Positions 44,311 to 53,262 of a stretch of DNA of 64,000 nucleotides are shown here, in pieces. Under the pieces are notes generated by a model, which did not search any database, was not told the DNA's origin, and worked only from the letters and a program-made list of their open reading frames with translations. Location: assembly GCA_964522165.1 (NCBI GenBank), contig CAZFVV010000007.1, positions 8,130-72,129 on the forward strand. The letters run 5' to 3'. How positions within the stretch are numbered: position 1 is the first letter of the stretch; each line of letters begins with the position of its first letter. The position numbers were made by a program, and so were the translations under genes. Origin of the DNA: an uncultured Calditrichaceae bacterium (lineage in GTDB: Bacteria > Calditrichota > Calditrichia > RBG-13-44-9 > J075).

Positions 44311-44388
44311 GTAGGTAGTTGGCCGGGGCATCTTTTCACTCACTAATCACCACTTGCCACTCACCAAAACACCAATAAAGAACCGGCG

Positions 44389-45660
44389 ATGAACTTATTC
44401 GAAGAACTCCAATGGCGGGGCGTCATTTACGACGCCACCGAAGGCATCCAGGAAGTGATTGCCCGGGAAAAACTGACCGGCTACATCGGCTTCGATCCCA
44501 GCGCCTCCAGCCTGCACGTGGGCAGCCTGCTGCAAATCATGAACCTGACGCGCTTGCAGCGCTACGGGCACTCTCCCATTGCGGTGGTCGGCGGGGGCAC
44601 CGGGTTGATCGGCGATCCCAGCGGTAAAACCAAAGAGCGCCAGTTGTTGACCAAAGAGCAGGTAGAGGAAAACTTGTCCGGAATCCGCGAACAACTCTCC
44701 CGCTTCCTGGATTTTGAGACCAAAACCAATCCCGCCCGGGTCGTCAACAATTATGATTGGCTGGGCAGCATCAGCTATATCAACTTTTTGCGCGACGTGG
44801 GGAAATATTTTACCGTGAACGCCATGCTGGCCAAAGAATCGGTGAAGCGGCGGATCGAATCCGAAGACGGGATTACTTTTACCGAATTCAGCTACATGCT
44901 CTTGCAGGCATACGATTTCCTGGTACTCTACGACCGTTTCAATTGCACCCTGCAAATGGGCGGCAGCGACCAGTGGGGAAATATCGTCGCCGGGGCGGAT
45001 TTGATCCGCCGGCTGCGCTCCGCAAAAGCGTATGGCATCGTTTCCCCGCTGGTAACCAGCTCCACGGGGGTCAAATTCGGCAAAACCGAGGCCGGCGCGG
45101 TGTGGCTCGATCCGCAATGGACTTCTCCCTACCGTTTTTACCAGTACTGGCTCAACACCGAGGACGCGGACGCGATCCAGTACCTGAAATATTTTACCTG
45201 GCTGGACGAAGCGGAGATCGCCGCCCTGGAGAGCGAGCTCAAGGAAAAACCGGAAAAGCGGGAAGCCCAGCGAACCCTGGCGCGGGAAATCACCCGGATG
45301 GCCCACGGCGAGACCGCGCTGCAAAACGCCGAGAGAGCCTCGCAGGTGCTCTTCGGCGGGGAAATGGAGGGGCTGCGGGCCGCGGAAGTGCAAGACATCT
45401 TCCAGGACGTGCCCTCCAGCGAGGTGGAAAAATCCCGCTTGCAAGGCGAGGGGCTGCCGATGGTGGAATTGCTGGCGCTTAGCGGTTTGCTGCCCTCCAA
45501 AGGGGAGGCGCGCCGGATGATCCAGCAGGGCGGCGTTTACCTGAACAACCGCCCGGTGGCCGAGGCGCAAAAAACGGTCTCGTTAGCGGACAGCATCGAC
45601 GGGCAGTTTTTGGTGCTGCGCAAGGGGCGGAAGAATTATCACCTGGTGAAAATCGTGTGA
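44389..45660 (+). CDS. tyrS: tyrosine--tRNA ligase
   Basis: 423 aa with a HIGH-type 'SLHVGSL', a KMSKS-type 'KFGKT' and a C-terminal S4-like domain (SKGEARRMIQQGGVYLNN). Confidence 0.95.
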   Translation: MNLFEELQWRGVIYDATEGIQEVIAREKLTGYIGFDPSASSLHVGSLLQIMNLTRLQRYGHSPIAVVGGGTGLIGDPSGKTKERQLLTKEQVEENLSGIREQLSRFLDFETKTNPARVVNNYDWLGSISYINFLRDVGKYFTVNAMLAKESVKRRIESEDGITFTEFSYMLLQAYDFLVLYDRFNCTLQMGGSDQWGNIVAGADLIRRLRSAKAYGIVSPLVTSSTGVKFGKTEAGAVWLDPQWTSPYRFYQYWLNTEDADAIQYLKYFTWLDEAEIAALESELKEKPEKREAQRTLAREITRMAHGETALQNAERASQVLFGGEMEGLRAAEVQDIFQDVPSSEVEKSRLQGEGLPMVELLALSGLLPSKGEARRMIQQGGVYLNNRPVAEAQKTVSLADSIDGQFLVLRKGRKNYHLVKIV

Positions 45661-46079
45661 ACTGAAAATTCATTCACCCTGAGCTCGACTTTATCCATTT
45701 TCGAGAGAAGGGAAATTGTTGCTATATAAGCCCTTAATTTACAACGTTAATTTTTTCAACCTCATTGTTCGTATACGATGTTTAAAAAGTCAAACACGAA
45801 AAAATCAACTTATTGCTTTACATACATGGCCATTTTTAAAAAATGGATAAAGTCGAGCTGAGAGCGTGTTTGAAAAATCTCTTGCAGCCGTTTACTGCCA
45901 AAAGATAGAACACGGATGACGCGGATGACGCGGATGACACGGATATTCGCAGATAAATCAAAGAATATTGCTAAAAAAATCTGTGTAAATCCGCGTCATC
46001 CGTGTTATCCGTGTGCCATTGGAACGATTTTGGGGTACTGAACTGAATTTTCAAACACGCTCTAAAAGAGAGAAACGTC
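45661..46079. repeat. 419-bp spacer made entirely of nested palindromes
   Basis: Paired arms: ctgagctcgactttatccatttt (45679-45701) / aaaaatggataaagtcgagctgag (45837-45862). agagcgtgtttgaaaaat (45861-45878) / attttcaaacacgctct (46046-46062). cacggatgacgcggatgacgcggatgacacggat / atccgcgtcatccgtgttatccgtgtg. Confidence 0.8.
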
Positions 46080-47237
46080 ATGTCTCATGATATATTGCAG
46101 TTCTCCCGCGAGGAAATGCTCCGCTACAGCCGCCATTTTATGCTGCCGGAGGTGGGAGAAGAAGGCCAGCGAAAGCTAAAAAATGCGGCGGCGCTGGTGG
46201 TGGGCGCGGGCGGGCTGGGTTCGCCCGCGGCGATGTACCTGGCCGCCGCAGGGGTGGGACGGTTGGGATTGGTGGATTTCGACGAGGTGGATCTCAGCAA
46301 TCTCCAGCGCCAGGTGCTCTATTCCACCTCCGACGTGGGGAAATCGAAATTGGAGATTGCCCGAGAGCGGCTGCGCGGGATCAATCCCGAAATCGAAATT
46401 GAAGCCCACCCCACCCGCCTCACTTCCGCCAACGCGCTCGAGATCCTCCGGGAATACGACGTGGTTGTGGACGGCAGCGATAACTTCCCCACCCGCTACC
46501 TGGTCAACGACGCCTGCGCCCTGTTAGGCAAACCGAACGTGTACGGCAGCATCTTCCGCTTCGAGGGACAGGTGAGCGTGTTCGACGCGAAGCGGGGCCC
46601 CTGCTACCGCTGCCTCTACCCGGAGCCGCCGCCCCCGGAAGCGGTTCCCAATTGCGCGGAAGGCGGGGTGTTAGGGGTGCTGCCGGGAATCATCGGCTCC
46701 CTGCAAACGCTGGAAGTGCTCAAACTGATCCTCGGAAAAGGAGACCCCCTCATCGGGCGGTTGCTGCTGTTCGAGGGCCTGAAATTCCGCTTCGACGAAT
46801 TCAGGCTGTCGAAAAACCCCGTCTGCCCGCTGTGCGGAGAGCACCCGGTGATTCACGAGCTGATCGACTACGAAGCGTTTTGCGGGGTGGCCGCGCCCGC
46901 GGGAGAGCCCGGCGATGGTTCCTTCGATATCACCCCGGAAGAACTGAAAAGACGCATCGAGCTGGGCGCAGATATTTTTTTGTTGGACGTGCGGGAACCG
47001 CTGGAATACCGGTTTTGCCGGCTGGAAGGGAGCTGCCTGGTTCCCTTAAACGATCTGCCGGGGCGCATCAAGGAACTCGATCCCTCCCGCGAGACCGTGG
47101 TCTATTGCCATCACGGGATTCGCAGCGCCTGGGCGGTGGAATTTTTGCGGCAGGCCGGTTTCGAAAAGGTTAAAAACCTGGCCGGGGGCATCGAAGCCTG
47201 GGCGCAGCAGGTTGACCGGGATATGCCGCGGTATTGA
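46080..47237 (+). CDS. moeB: MoeB/ThiF-type adenylyltransferase fused to a rhodanese domain (MoeZ-like)
   Basis: 'RYSRHFMLPEVGEEGQRKL...VVGAGGLGSPAAMYLAAAGVG', CxxC pairs (CYRC, CPLC), and a C-terminal rhodanese with the active-site loop 'CHHGIRS'. Confidence 0.9.
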   Translation: MSHDILQFSREEMLRYSRHFMLPEVGEEGQRKLKNAAALVVGAGGLGSPAAMYLAAAGVGRLGLVDFDEVDLSNLQRQVLYSTSDVGKSKLEIARERLRGINPEIEIEAHPTRLTSANALEILREYDVVVDGSDNFPTRYLVNDACALLGKPNVYGSIFRFEGQVSVFDAKRGPCYRCLYPEPPPPEAVPNCAEGGVLGVLPGIIGSLQTLEVLKLILGKGDPLIGRLLLFEGLKFRFDEFRLSKNPVCPLCGEHPVIHELIDYEAFCGVAAPAGEPGDGSFDITPEELKRRIELGADIFLLDVREPLEYRFCRLEGSCLVPLNDLPGRIKELDPSRETVVYCHHGIRSAWAVEFLRQAGFEKVKNLAGGIEAWAQQVDRDMPRY

Positions 47238-47368
47238 GGTTGGGCGGCTGGAGCGGCGAGCGGCGAATGGCGGCGGGCAGGCGAAATAGTCTAAAATCCA
47301 TTACCCCATTCATCCAACAATCCAATAATCCACTACTCAATTCATCCATCCCCCCCTTCCTCCCCCCT

Positions 47369-48922
47369 CTAATTTCTCCTTCGCTGGCGATTCCGGCGTG
47401 GGCGTCTGTCGGGTTTGGGGCGGTCCGGCGCAGCCTGGGTTTGGACCGGCGGCGGTAACTTCAGCCAGTCCTCCTGCGGTTGGATACAGGGCAAATCTCT
47501 GCCCAAAAATTCCTGGATCTTGGGAAGCTGAAAAGCATCCTCCTCGCAGGCAAAGCTGATCGAGGTTCCGCTCTCCCCGGCGCGCCCGGTGCGCCCGATG
47601 CGATGCACGTAATCTTCCGGGTCGTGGGGCAGGGTATAATTGATCACGTGGCTCATGGCTTCGATGTGCAAACCGCGCCCGGCCACGTCCGTGGCCACCA
47701 GCACCCGGATCTTCCCTTCCTTGAAATCTTCCAGGGTGCGCAGGCGCTTCTGCTGGGGAACGTCCCCGGAGAGCACTGCATTGTTTATCCCGTAGCGGTT
47801 GAGCATATTGGCTAACTTCCGGGTCTCATCCTTGCGGTTGCAGAACACCAGCACCCGGTGCAGGTTCTGGCGGGTAATGATGTTGTAGAGCAGGGCATAT
47901 TTTTCTTTGCTGGTCACAATGTAAATTACCTGGTCCACCGTATCCGCGGCGACGTGCTCCGGCTCGATTTCTACCACCAGGGGGTCGCGGGTCCAGTTCA
48001 TCGACAATCGTTGAACTTCGTCGGTAAGGGTGGCGCTGAAGAAAAGGGTTTGGCGGTGTTCCTTATGGGGGGTGCTGTTGATGATCTGCCGCACATCGGG
48101 AATAAATCCCATGTCCAACATGCGGTCGGCTTCATCGATGACCAGGATTTCGACCTTGCTCAAATCCACGATCTTCTGTTTTTGAAAATCCAGCAACCTT
48201 CCGGGAGTCGCCACGATCACGTCCACGGTTTTCCCCGCGAATTGCTGTTTTTGGCGCTGGTAGTGCATTCCCCCGAAAACGGTGGCAACTTTAATGGGGG
48301 TATATTTGGACAGGGCGCCGGCGTCTTTGGCAATTTGCAGCACCAGCTCGCGGGTGGGGGCAAGGATCAGCGCCCGGGGCGTGCCGGGAGGCCGTTTCCC
48401 CTGCACGCGATTGCGAAGAACCCGGCTAAAGATGGCAATGAGAAAAGCGGCGGTTTTTCCGGTTCCGGTTTGCGCCTGCCCGGAAGCGTCGCGCCCGGTT
48501 AGCGTTGCGGGAAGAATCTCCGCCTGGATGGGGGTACAGTAGCGGAATCCCAGGTCGGCAACAGCGTGCATAATACTGTTGGGCAGATTGAAATCCTGAA
48601 AGCGGGTTTTCCCTTCCGCCGGCTCCACCCGGAATTGGGAGATATCCCAGTGGATTTTCTCCTCCTCTTCGCCCTGCTTTGCCGGATGCGCCGGTGGTTG
48701 GCCCCCCTGGGGAGAGCGCGGCTTGCGCCGCCTGTCCCGCCGCCGGCGTTTCGTCTGCGGGGGCGATGGTTCCCCGCCCTTGTCGCTCTTTAAAGTTGAA
48801 GAAGGTCCCCCTCGTTTGCTTCTTAAATCGCTTTGAGAAGTCTCTTTCTCGCCCGTCTCTTTGCCGGTTTTTTTAAACCGTTTGAGGGCATTGCGCACAA
48901 AACTGATCATAAAATTTGCCAA
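47369..48922 (-). CDS. DEAD-box ATP-dependent RNA helicase with basic N- and C-terminal tails
   Basis: Q-motif region ([26 protein letters not shown]), 'AQTGTGKT', '[13 protein letters not shown]', 'SAT' and '[10 protein letters not shown]'. Confidence 0.93.
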   Translation of the reverse strand: MANFMISFVRNALKRFKKTGKETGEKETSQSDLRSKRGGPSSTLKSDKGGEPSPPQTKRRRRDRRRKPRSPQGGQPPAHPAKQGEEEEKIHWDISQFRVEPAEGKTRFQDFNLPNSIMHAVADLGFRYCTPIQAEILPATLTGRDASGQAQTGTGKTAAFLIAIFSRVLRNRVQGKRPPGTPRALILAPTRELVLQIAKDAGALSKYTPIKVATVFGGMHYQRQKQQFAGKTVDVIVATPGRLLDFQKQKIVDLSKVEILVIDEADRMLDMGFIPDVRQIINSTPHKEHRQTLFFSATLTDEVQRLSMNWTRDPLVVEIEPEHVAADTVDQVIYIVTSKEKYALLYNIITRQNLHRVLVFCNRKDETRKLANMLNRYGINNAVLSGDVPQQKRLRTLEDFKEGKIRVLVATDVAGRGLHIEAMSHVINYTLPHDPEDYVHRIGRTGRAGESGTSISFACEEDAFQLPKIQEFLGRDLPCIQPQEDWLKLPPPVQTQAAPDRPKPDRRPRRNRQRRRN

Positions 48923-49020
48923 ACAGTCGCTCCTTCCTGGAACGTTAATGGTAATCTACCCTGTACGTTTGATAGGGGCAGAAGAGGCATAAACTGTTAT
49001 TGGGGGAGGCATTGGGTGCA

Positions 49021-49085
49021 AGGTATAAGGTAAATGGTATGGAAAGTATCTTCCTTATACCCTATACCATACACCTCATACCCCA
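49021..49085. repeat. 'ggtata(a/g)gg' palindromic element
   Basis: 'aggtataaggtaaatggtatgg' faces 'ccttataccctataccatacacct'. Confidence 0.55.
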
Positions 49086-49096
49086 TCATCGCGCCC

Positions 49097-49828
49097 CTAC
49101 CGCGCCGCCTTCCCGGCGCGCTCTTCCATGAAAAAGTCGGTATCGAACTCCCCGCTGAAGCCGCAAACGCCCGTGCGCGGGGAATTGACTACCGGCAGCG
49201 CCATTTCATCCCCGCACTCGTGTTTTTTCAGGCACTTCTCGCAATAAAAAGACTGGCAGTCGCCGCAAAATTCTTCCGCCGCTTTTCCGCAGGAAACGCA
49301 CTTCAAATCCGGGGGATTGTTGCGCGCCAGGATGCGTATCTTTTCCCCGGTCAATTTCCCGGGGCGCTTTCCCATTACTTCCCCTAACAGGTCGGTGCTG
49401 GAGCCGAAGTCATAGGTATATTCGAAGCGGTCCTTCACGTCCAACACTTTTTTGAGCTGGATATCGGTCGGCTCGGATTCCAGCTCCGCATCCCAAAAAT
49501 CATCTTCCGGGGAGTCCGAGTAGCGGATTCCATGGATGTTGAATTCGCTCAGGTGCCCGCAGCACTCCAGCCAGATATTGCGCAGGAATGAATCCAGTTG
49601 CGAAAGGGTAACGGCATCGTTTACTTCCAGGTGCAGCCAGTACGGGGCGTCGTGGTACCAACTGCTTCCGGTAATTTTGAGATGATAGATGGAGGATTTT
49701 CCCTTTGCGGCGGCTTCCTGGGCGTCTCTCTCTTTTTTGGCCGGGCAGGAGGCCAGGTGTCGGCTCATCGAGGAGCCCGGGAAGGATTTCATGCAGAACC
49801 GGCAGTATCCTTCGCTTTTCGTTGCCAT
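49097..49828 (-). CDS. pRiA4b ORF-3-like domain protein flanked by Cys-rich zinc-finger segments
   Basis: The core 'IYHLKI...WLHLEV...TLSQLDSFLRNIW.....FEYTYDFGSSTDLL' resembles the PRiA4_ORF3 family pattern (recalled from memory). N-terminal segment CRFC...H...C and C-terminal segment CVSCG..CGDC..CEKC..H.C. Confidence 0.55.
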   Translation of the reverse strand: MATKSEGYCRFCMKSFPGSSMSRHLASCPAKKERDAQEAAAKGKSSIYHLKITGSSWYHDAPYWLHLEVNDAVTLSQLDSFLRNIWLECCGHLSEFNIHGIRYSDSPEDDFWDAELESEPTDIQLKKVLDVKDRFEYTYDFGSSTDLLGEVMGKRPGKLTGEKIRILARNNPPDLKCVSCGKAAEEFCGDCQSFYCEKCLKKHECGDEMALPVVNSPRTGVCGFSGEFDTDFFMEERAGKAAR

Positions 49829-49939
49829 ATCGTTTCTCCCGAAAGTGGTTCGGAAGTAAATCTAAGCAACCATACTCAAAACGGGCAATAGTTTTTTAGA
49901 AATTTGTGGCCTGCCGGCCACTTAGAGCCTCGCTATATC

Positions 49940-50207
49940 GGTTTTGAGGTGAAATCACTTTGAAGAACCAATCAACCTCCCGGAGGTTCCGAACCTCCGG
50001 GAGGTTGAATTCCGTTTTCACCTTTAAGCCAACATGAGCGTAGAGCCTATCCGAAAACCCTCGCTCCGCCTGGCGGTGAATCGCCAGGCTAAGAGATGCA
50101 AGGCGACTGAAGTCGCCTTTGCCGAAGGCATGGCTTCGCCACAGGCGGCTTCCACCTCTTAGCCCAGACATTCATGTCGGGGTGGCTAAGGTTTTCGGAT
50201 AGGCTCT
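49940..50207. repeat. two adjacent hairpin elements: a perfect 17-bp-arm palindrome and a ~165-bp structured element
   Basis: caacctcccggaggttc (49973-49989) / gaacctccgggaggttg (49991-50007) are exact reverse complements. agagcctatccgaaaacc (50042-50059) / ggttttcggataggctct (50190-50207) enclose sub-hairpins (cctggcg..cgccagg; aaggcgac..gtcgcctt). Confidence 0.85.
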
Positions 50208-50213
50208 TAACCC

Positions 50214-52661
50214 CTACTCCCACATCACCCGCTCCCACTTCCCTTTCTTGAGGCGCAGCCAGACCGCTTTTTCCCGGTCGGTGCGGTATATCCGGCTGCC
50301 GTAAGCGGCCAGGCGTTTCAACACCTGGGGGGAAGGATGGCCGAATTTGTTCCCGGTTCCCGCGGATATCCCTGCGTATTCCGGGTTCACCAGGGCCAAA
50401 AAATCCTCCGTGGTGGAGGTAATGCTGCCGTGGTGCCCCACCTTCATAAAATCGCTTTTGAGAAGGTCCTGCCAGAGTTGCAAATATGCCTCCGCCTCCC
50501 TTTCCGAATCGCCCGGGAACAGCAGGGTGCGGCCGCGGTGGTTCACCAGCAGCGCCAGGGAGTAATTGTTCAGGTTCGGTCGGGCGGAATCCGCAGTTTC
50601 CAGCGCCTCTGAAAACGGGCCTAAGGCATACACCCGGGTTTCCTCATCCACCACCACCCGGTCGCCGGGATTCAAAAGCCGGTGTGGGACCTGGAACCGC
50701 CTCAGCGCCTTCAGAAGACTGTCATTCCAGGCGTCCGCCAGCGGCAGGGGCGGCGGCAAATACACCGAATCGACCTTCGCGTATTCTAACAGCCGGAAGG
50801 TTCCCCCGAGGTGATCCAGGTGGGGATGGCTGATAAACAGTTTGTGAATCCTCTGTTTATTCAAATATTGCAGGGCAGGAATCAACGCCGCGTCCGCCGC
50901 GCTCCCGTATTCGCTGGCGGGGCCGGCGTCGATTAGCAGCACCTGTCCCTGCAGGGTGGTAATGAGGGCGGCGTCTCCCTGCCCCACGTCTAACTGCAGC
51001 AAATTGAAATAGGGAGTTTTGAACAAATGAATGGTCCCCCAGGCGATCACGAAAAACGTGCAAGCGGCGGCGAAAATTTTCCGCAGCGACGCATTTTTGA
51101 AATGGAAGAGCAGCAGCACCAGGGAGAGATAAATAAGAATCTCGAGCCAGCCAAAAGCGGCGATATTGAAGTAAGCCGTGGGCAGGTTAGCCGCCCAGTT
51201 CACCAGTTTGATCAGTACGGCGATCAGGAAGGAGAGCAGGTTGGCAAAGAGATCGGTTAATACGGGGCTGAGGAAGCTCAGGAGCAGGCACAAAAATCCC
51301 CCCGCCACGATGATCCCGATGTAAGGGATGACCGGGAGGTTGAGCAAGAAAGAGACCAGGGAAAACTTGTGAAAATAGTGCATCGCCAGGGGAATGGCGC
51401 CTAATTGAGCGGCCAGGGAAACCAGGAACGGCGCAATCAGCCAGCGGGTCAGGCGATGGCGCCATTTTTCATTTTCCAGGTATTCCAGGAGCCGGTCGGC
51501 CTGCGCCTGCAATTTGGGGTAGAAATAAACGATGGCCAGCACCGCCGCAAAGGAAAACTGGAACCCCACCCAGAAAAGCTGCTGCGGCTGGAACAGCAGG
51601 ATGATCAACCCCGCGGCGAAGAGATAGTTGAACACCGCGCCCCGCCGTTCCAGATTGACGGCGATAAAATAGAGCGCCGCCATCAGGGTGGCGCGCGCCA
51701 CCGGGGGCTGCGCGCCGGTAAGAAACATGTAAATCACCAATAAAGCGATCACTAATAAGTTGCGGTATTTGAAGTAAAGGGGCAGGAAAGAGAGCAGCAG
51801 GTAGAAAATCAGCGCCACGAATCCCACGTGCAGCCCGCTGATCGCCAGCACGTGCATCACCCCGGCTTTTTGGAAATCCTCTACCGTTTCCCGGCCCAGG
51901 TCTTCCCGCACCCCTAACAGCAGCGCCTTCAGAAAGCCGGCCGCGGGGGGAGGAAAATGCGCTTCTAATTTCCCGATCAGTTTTTGCCGCAGGGGATAAA
52001 AGAGGCGGTTTTCGGCGGAAAATCCTGCGGCGGCAACCTCAACCCCCACTTGCAGGGAATCAGCGAGCCGGCACATTGCGATCACGCCCCGCCAGCGCAG
52101 AAACTCCCCGTAATCGAACTGTCCGGGATTGCGGCGTTCCGGCAGGGGCTCAATCCGCGCCTTGCGCAGGCTGAGGAGTTGCCCGGGGACGATTTTGCGC
52201 GGGTATTGATAAGGAAAGTAGAGCAGGATTTGCCCGGAGATTTCAACCGCCACGGAATCGCGAACCAGCTCCCGCAAGACCAGCACTGCCCGAACCCGGT
52301 AGGTTTCTTCAACGCTGCGGATCTCCCCTTTCAGGGTATCTGCAATGATGGGAAGGTGAGCAAGCAAGGAATTGGACAGATGTTTTTCTTTCCAGGCCGC
52401 GAGCCGGAAGATGCCCATCAGGAAAAACAAAATCAGCAGCACGGTGAGGGAGAGATTCCCCCGCAAACGGTTTTTTAGAAATACGGCCAGGGCAAAAACA
52501 AAAACCGCGCTGAAGGGCGGGGCGATCCAGGGGGAAGGGAAATCCGCCACGCGCTCGACCAGGATTCCCGCGGCAAACGCCAGCCCAAGAGGCAGGAAAG
52601 GCATTTTTGCCGCGGCGCCGAAGCGGGATAAGGATCGGGCCATGGGCGATTCCCCAGTCAA
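50214..52661 (-). CDS. comEC: DNA internalization-related competence protein ComEC/Rec2
   Basis: 815 aa with a polytopic competence domain and a C-terminal metallo-beta-lactamase domain ('FISHPHLDHLGG', 'VGHHGS'). Confidence 0.9.
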   Translation of the reverse strand: MTGESPMARSLSRFGAAAKMPFLPLGLAFAAGILVERVADFPSPWIAPPFSAVFVFALAVFLKNRLRGNLSLTVLLILFFLMGIFRLAAWKEKHLSNSLLAHLPIIADTLKGEIRSVEETYRVRAVLVLRELVRDSVAVEISGQILLYFPYQYPRKIVPGQLLSLRKARIEPLPERRNPGQFDYGEFLRWRGVIAMCRLADSLQVGVEVAAAGFSAENRLFYPLRQKLIGKLEAHFPPPAAGFLKALLLGVREDLGRETVEDFQKAGVMHVLAISGLHVGFVALIFYLLLSFLPLYFKYRNLLVIALLVIYMFLTGAQPPVARATLMAALYFIAVNLERRGAVFNYLFAAGLIILLFQPQQLFWVGFQFSFAAVLAIVYFYPKLQAQADRLLEYLENEKWRHRLTRWLIAPFLVSLAAQLGAIPLAMHYFHKFSLVSFLLNLPVIPYIGIIVAGGFLCLLLSFLSPVLTDLFANLLSFLIAVLIKLVNWAANLPTAYFNIAAFGWLEILIYLSLVLLLFHFKNASLRKIFAAACTFFVIAWGTIHLFKTPYFNLLQLDVGQGDAALITTLQGQVLLIDAGPASEYGSAADAALIPALQYLNKQRIHKLFISHPHLDHLGGTFRLLEYAKVDSVYLPPPLPLADAWNDSLLKALRRFQVPHRLLNPGDRVVVDEETRVYALGPFSEALETADSARPNLNNYSLALLVNHRGRTLLFPGDSEREAEAYLQLWQDLLKSDFMKVGHHGSITSTTEDFLALVNPEYAGISAGTGNKFGHPSPQVLKRLAAYGSRIYRTDREKAVWLRLKKGKWERVMWE

Positions 52662-52699
52662 ATATCCGGCGAACGAGATTGGGAATTAGGGTTGAAAAG

Positions 52700-52780
52700 A
52701 AACGTATTTCGTGTTAGGTATTTCGTAATGCGTAATGGTCTCGCAGGCAATGCTTTTTACGCATTACGCATCACGTATTT
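52700..52780. repeat. 'cgtaatgcgtaa' palindromic element
   Basis: cgtaatgcgtaa (52725-52736) / ttacgcattacg (52758-52769). The same family occurs at 38567-38636. Confidence 0.6.
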
Positions 52781-53262
52781 TCCCCTGTTTTAACCGGCAA
52801 AAATCGGAGCAGCTTTCCGTAGCGTTGCAGGTAGTGTTCTTCGCGTTCCCGCATTTTGCGCTGTTCCAGATCGGTGCGGTCATCATATCCTTTCAGGTGG
52901 AGAATCCCGTGAATGATCAGCCGGGCAATTTCCGCTTCCGGGGCCACGCCGAACTCCGCGGCCTGGGCCCTGGCGCGCTCCCCGGAAATATAAATTTCTC
53001 CTTGAACCCCGGGGCGGCCCGGCTCGCTCAAATCGAAGGTGATCACGTCGGTCGGGGTGTCGTCATTCAAATAATCGCGATGGAGGTCCTGCAGGTAGCG
53101 GTCGCCGGTCAAAATGATATTTAACGCTTCCAGGGGCAGGGTTTCCTCTTCCGCAACCCGGGAAATTAGCTCCCGGGCCGGTTTCAGCGCCACCCGGAAC
53201 GCCGGGTATTCCCGGATGATCTCAATTCGAGGGCGCATGGCGGTTTTTACCATCGGCTTCAC
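52771..53262 (-). CDS. ybeY: rRNA maturation RNase YbeY
   Basis: 'IIHGILHLKGYDD' (the HGxLHLxGYDH zinc motif). An alternative start at 53238 (MRPRIEII) is possible. The gene overlaps the upstream gene's 3' end. Confidence 0.9.
   Translation of the reverse strand: MKPMVKTAMRPRIEIIREYPAFRVALKPARELISRVAEEETLPLEALNIILTGDRYLQDLHRDYLNDDTPTDVITFDLSEPGRPGVQGEIYISGERARAQAAEFGVAPEAEIARLIIHGILHLKGYDDRTDLEQRKMREREEHYLQRYGKLLRFLPVKTGENT

Noticed and set aside
44395-45570. 391-aa ORF antisense to tyrS. Similar long antisense ORFs occur at 34954-36009 (opposite htrA), 62664-63830 and 61303-62121 (opposite the cytochromes), 31599-32414 (opposite the M1 peptidase) and 663-1295 (opposite relA).
   Set aside because: They lie opposite genes with unmistakable conserved motifs and have Gly/Arg/Pro/Ala-rich low-complexity translations with no recognisable motif. 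This is the usual shadow-ORF effect of GC-rich codon bias.
45911-45945. Short direct repeats (cacggatgacgcggatgacgcggatgac; also the 19-nt duplication at 57627-57664 and the heptamer array at 17402-17450) considered as CRISPR-like arrays.
   Set aside because: The units are contiguous with no unique spacers, are far shorter than CRISPR repeats, and no cas genes are present.
49896-50171. 91-aa ORF. Similar cases are ORFs 33504-33971, 22535-22732, 25561-26046 (N-terminus MAIANYQLPIT), 28206-28415 and 31241-31579.
   Set aside because: All are read-throughs of palindromic intergenic repeats or antisense gene ends. Their 'proteins' mirror the repeat motifs.
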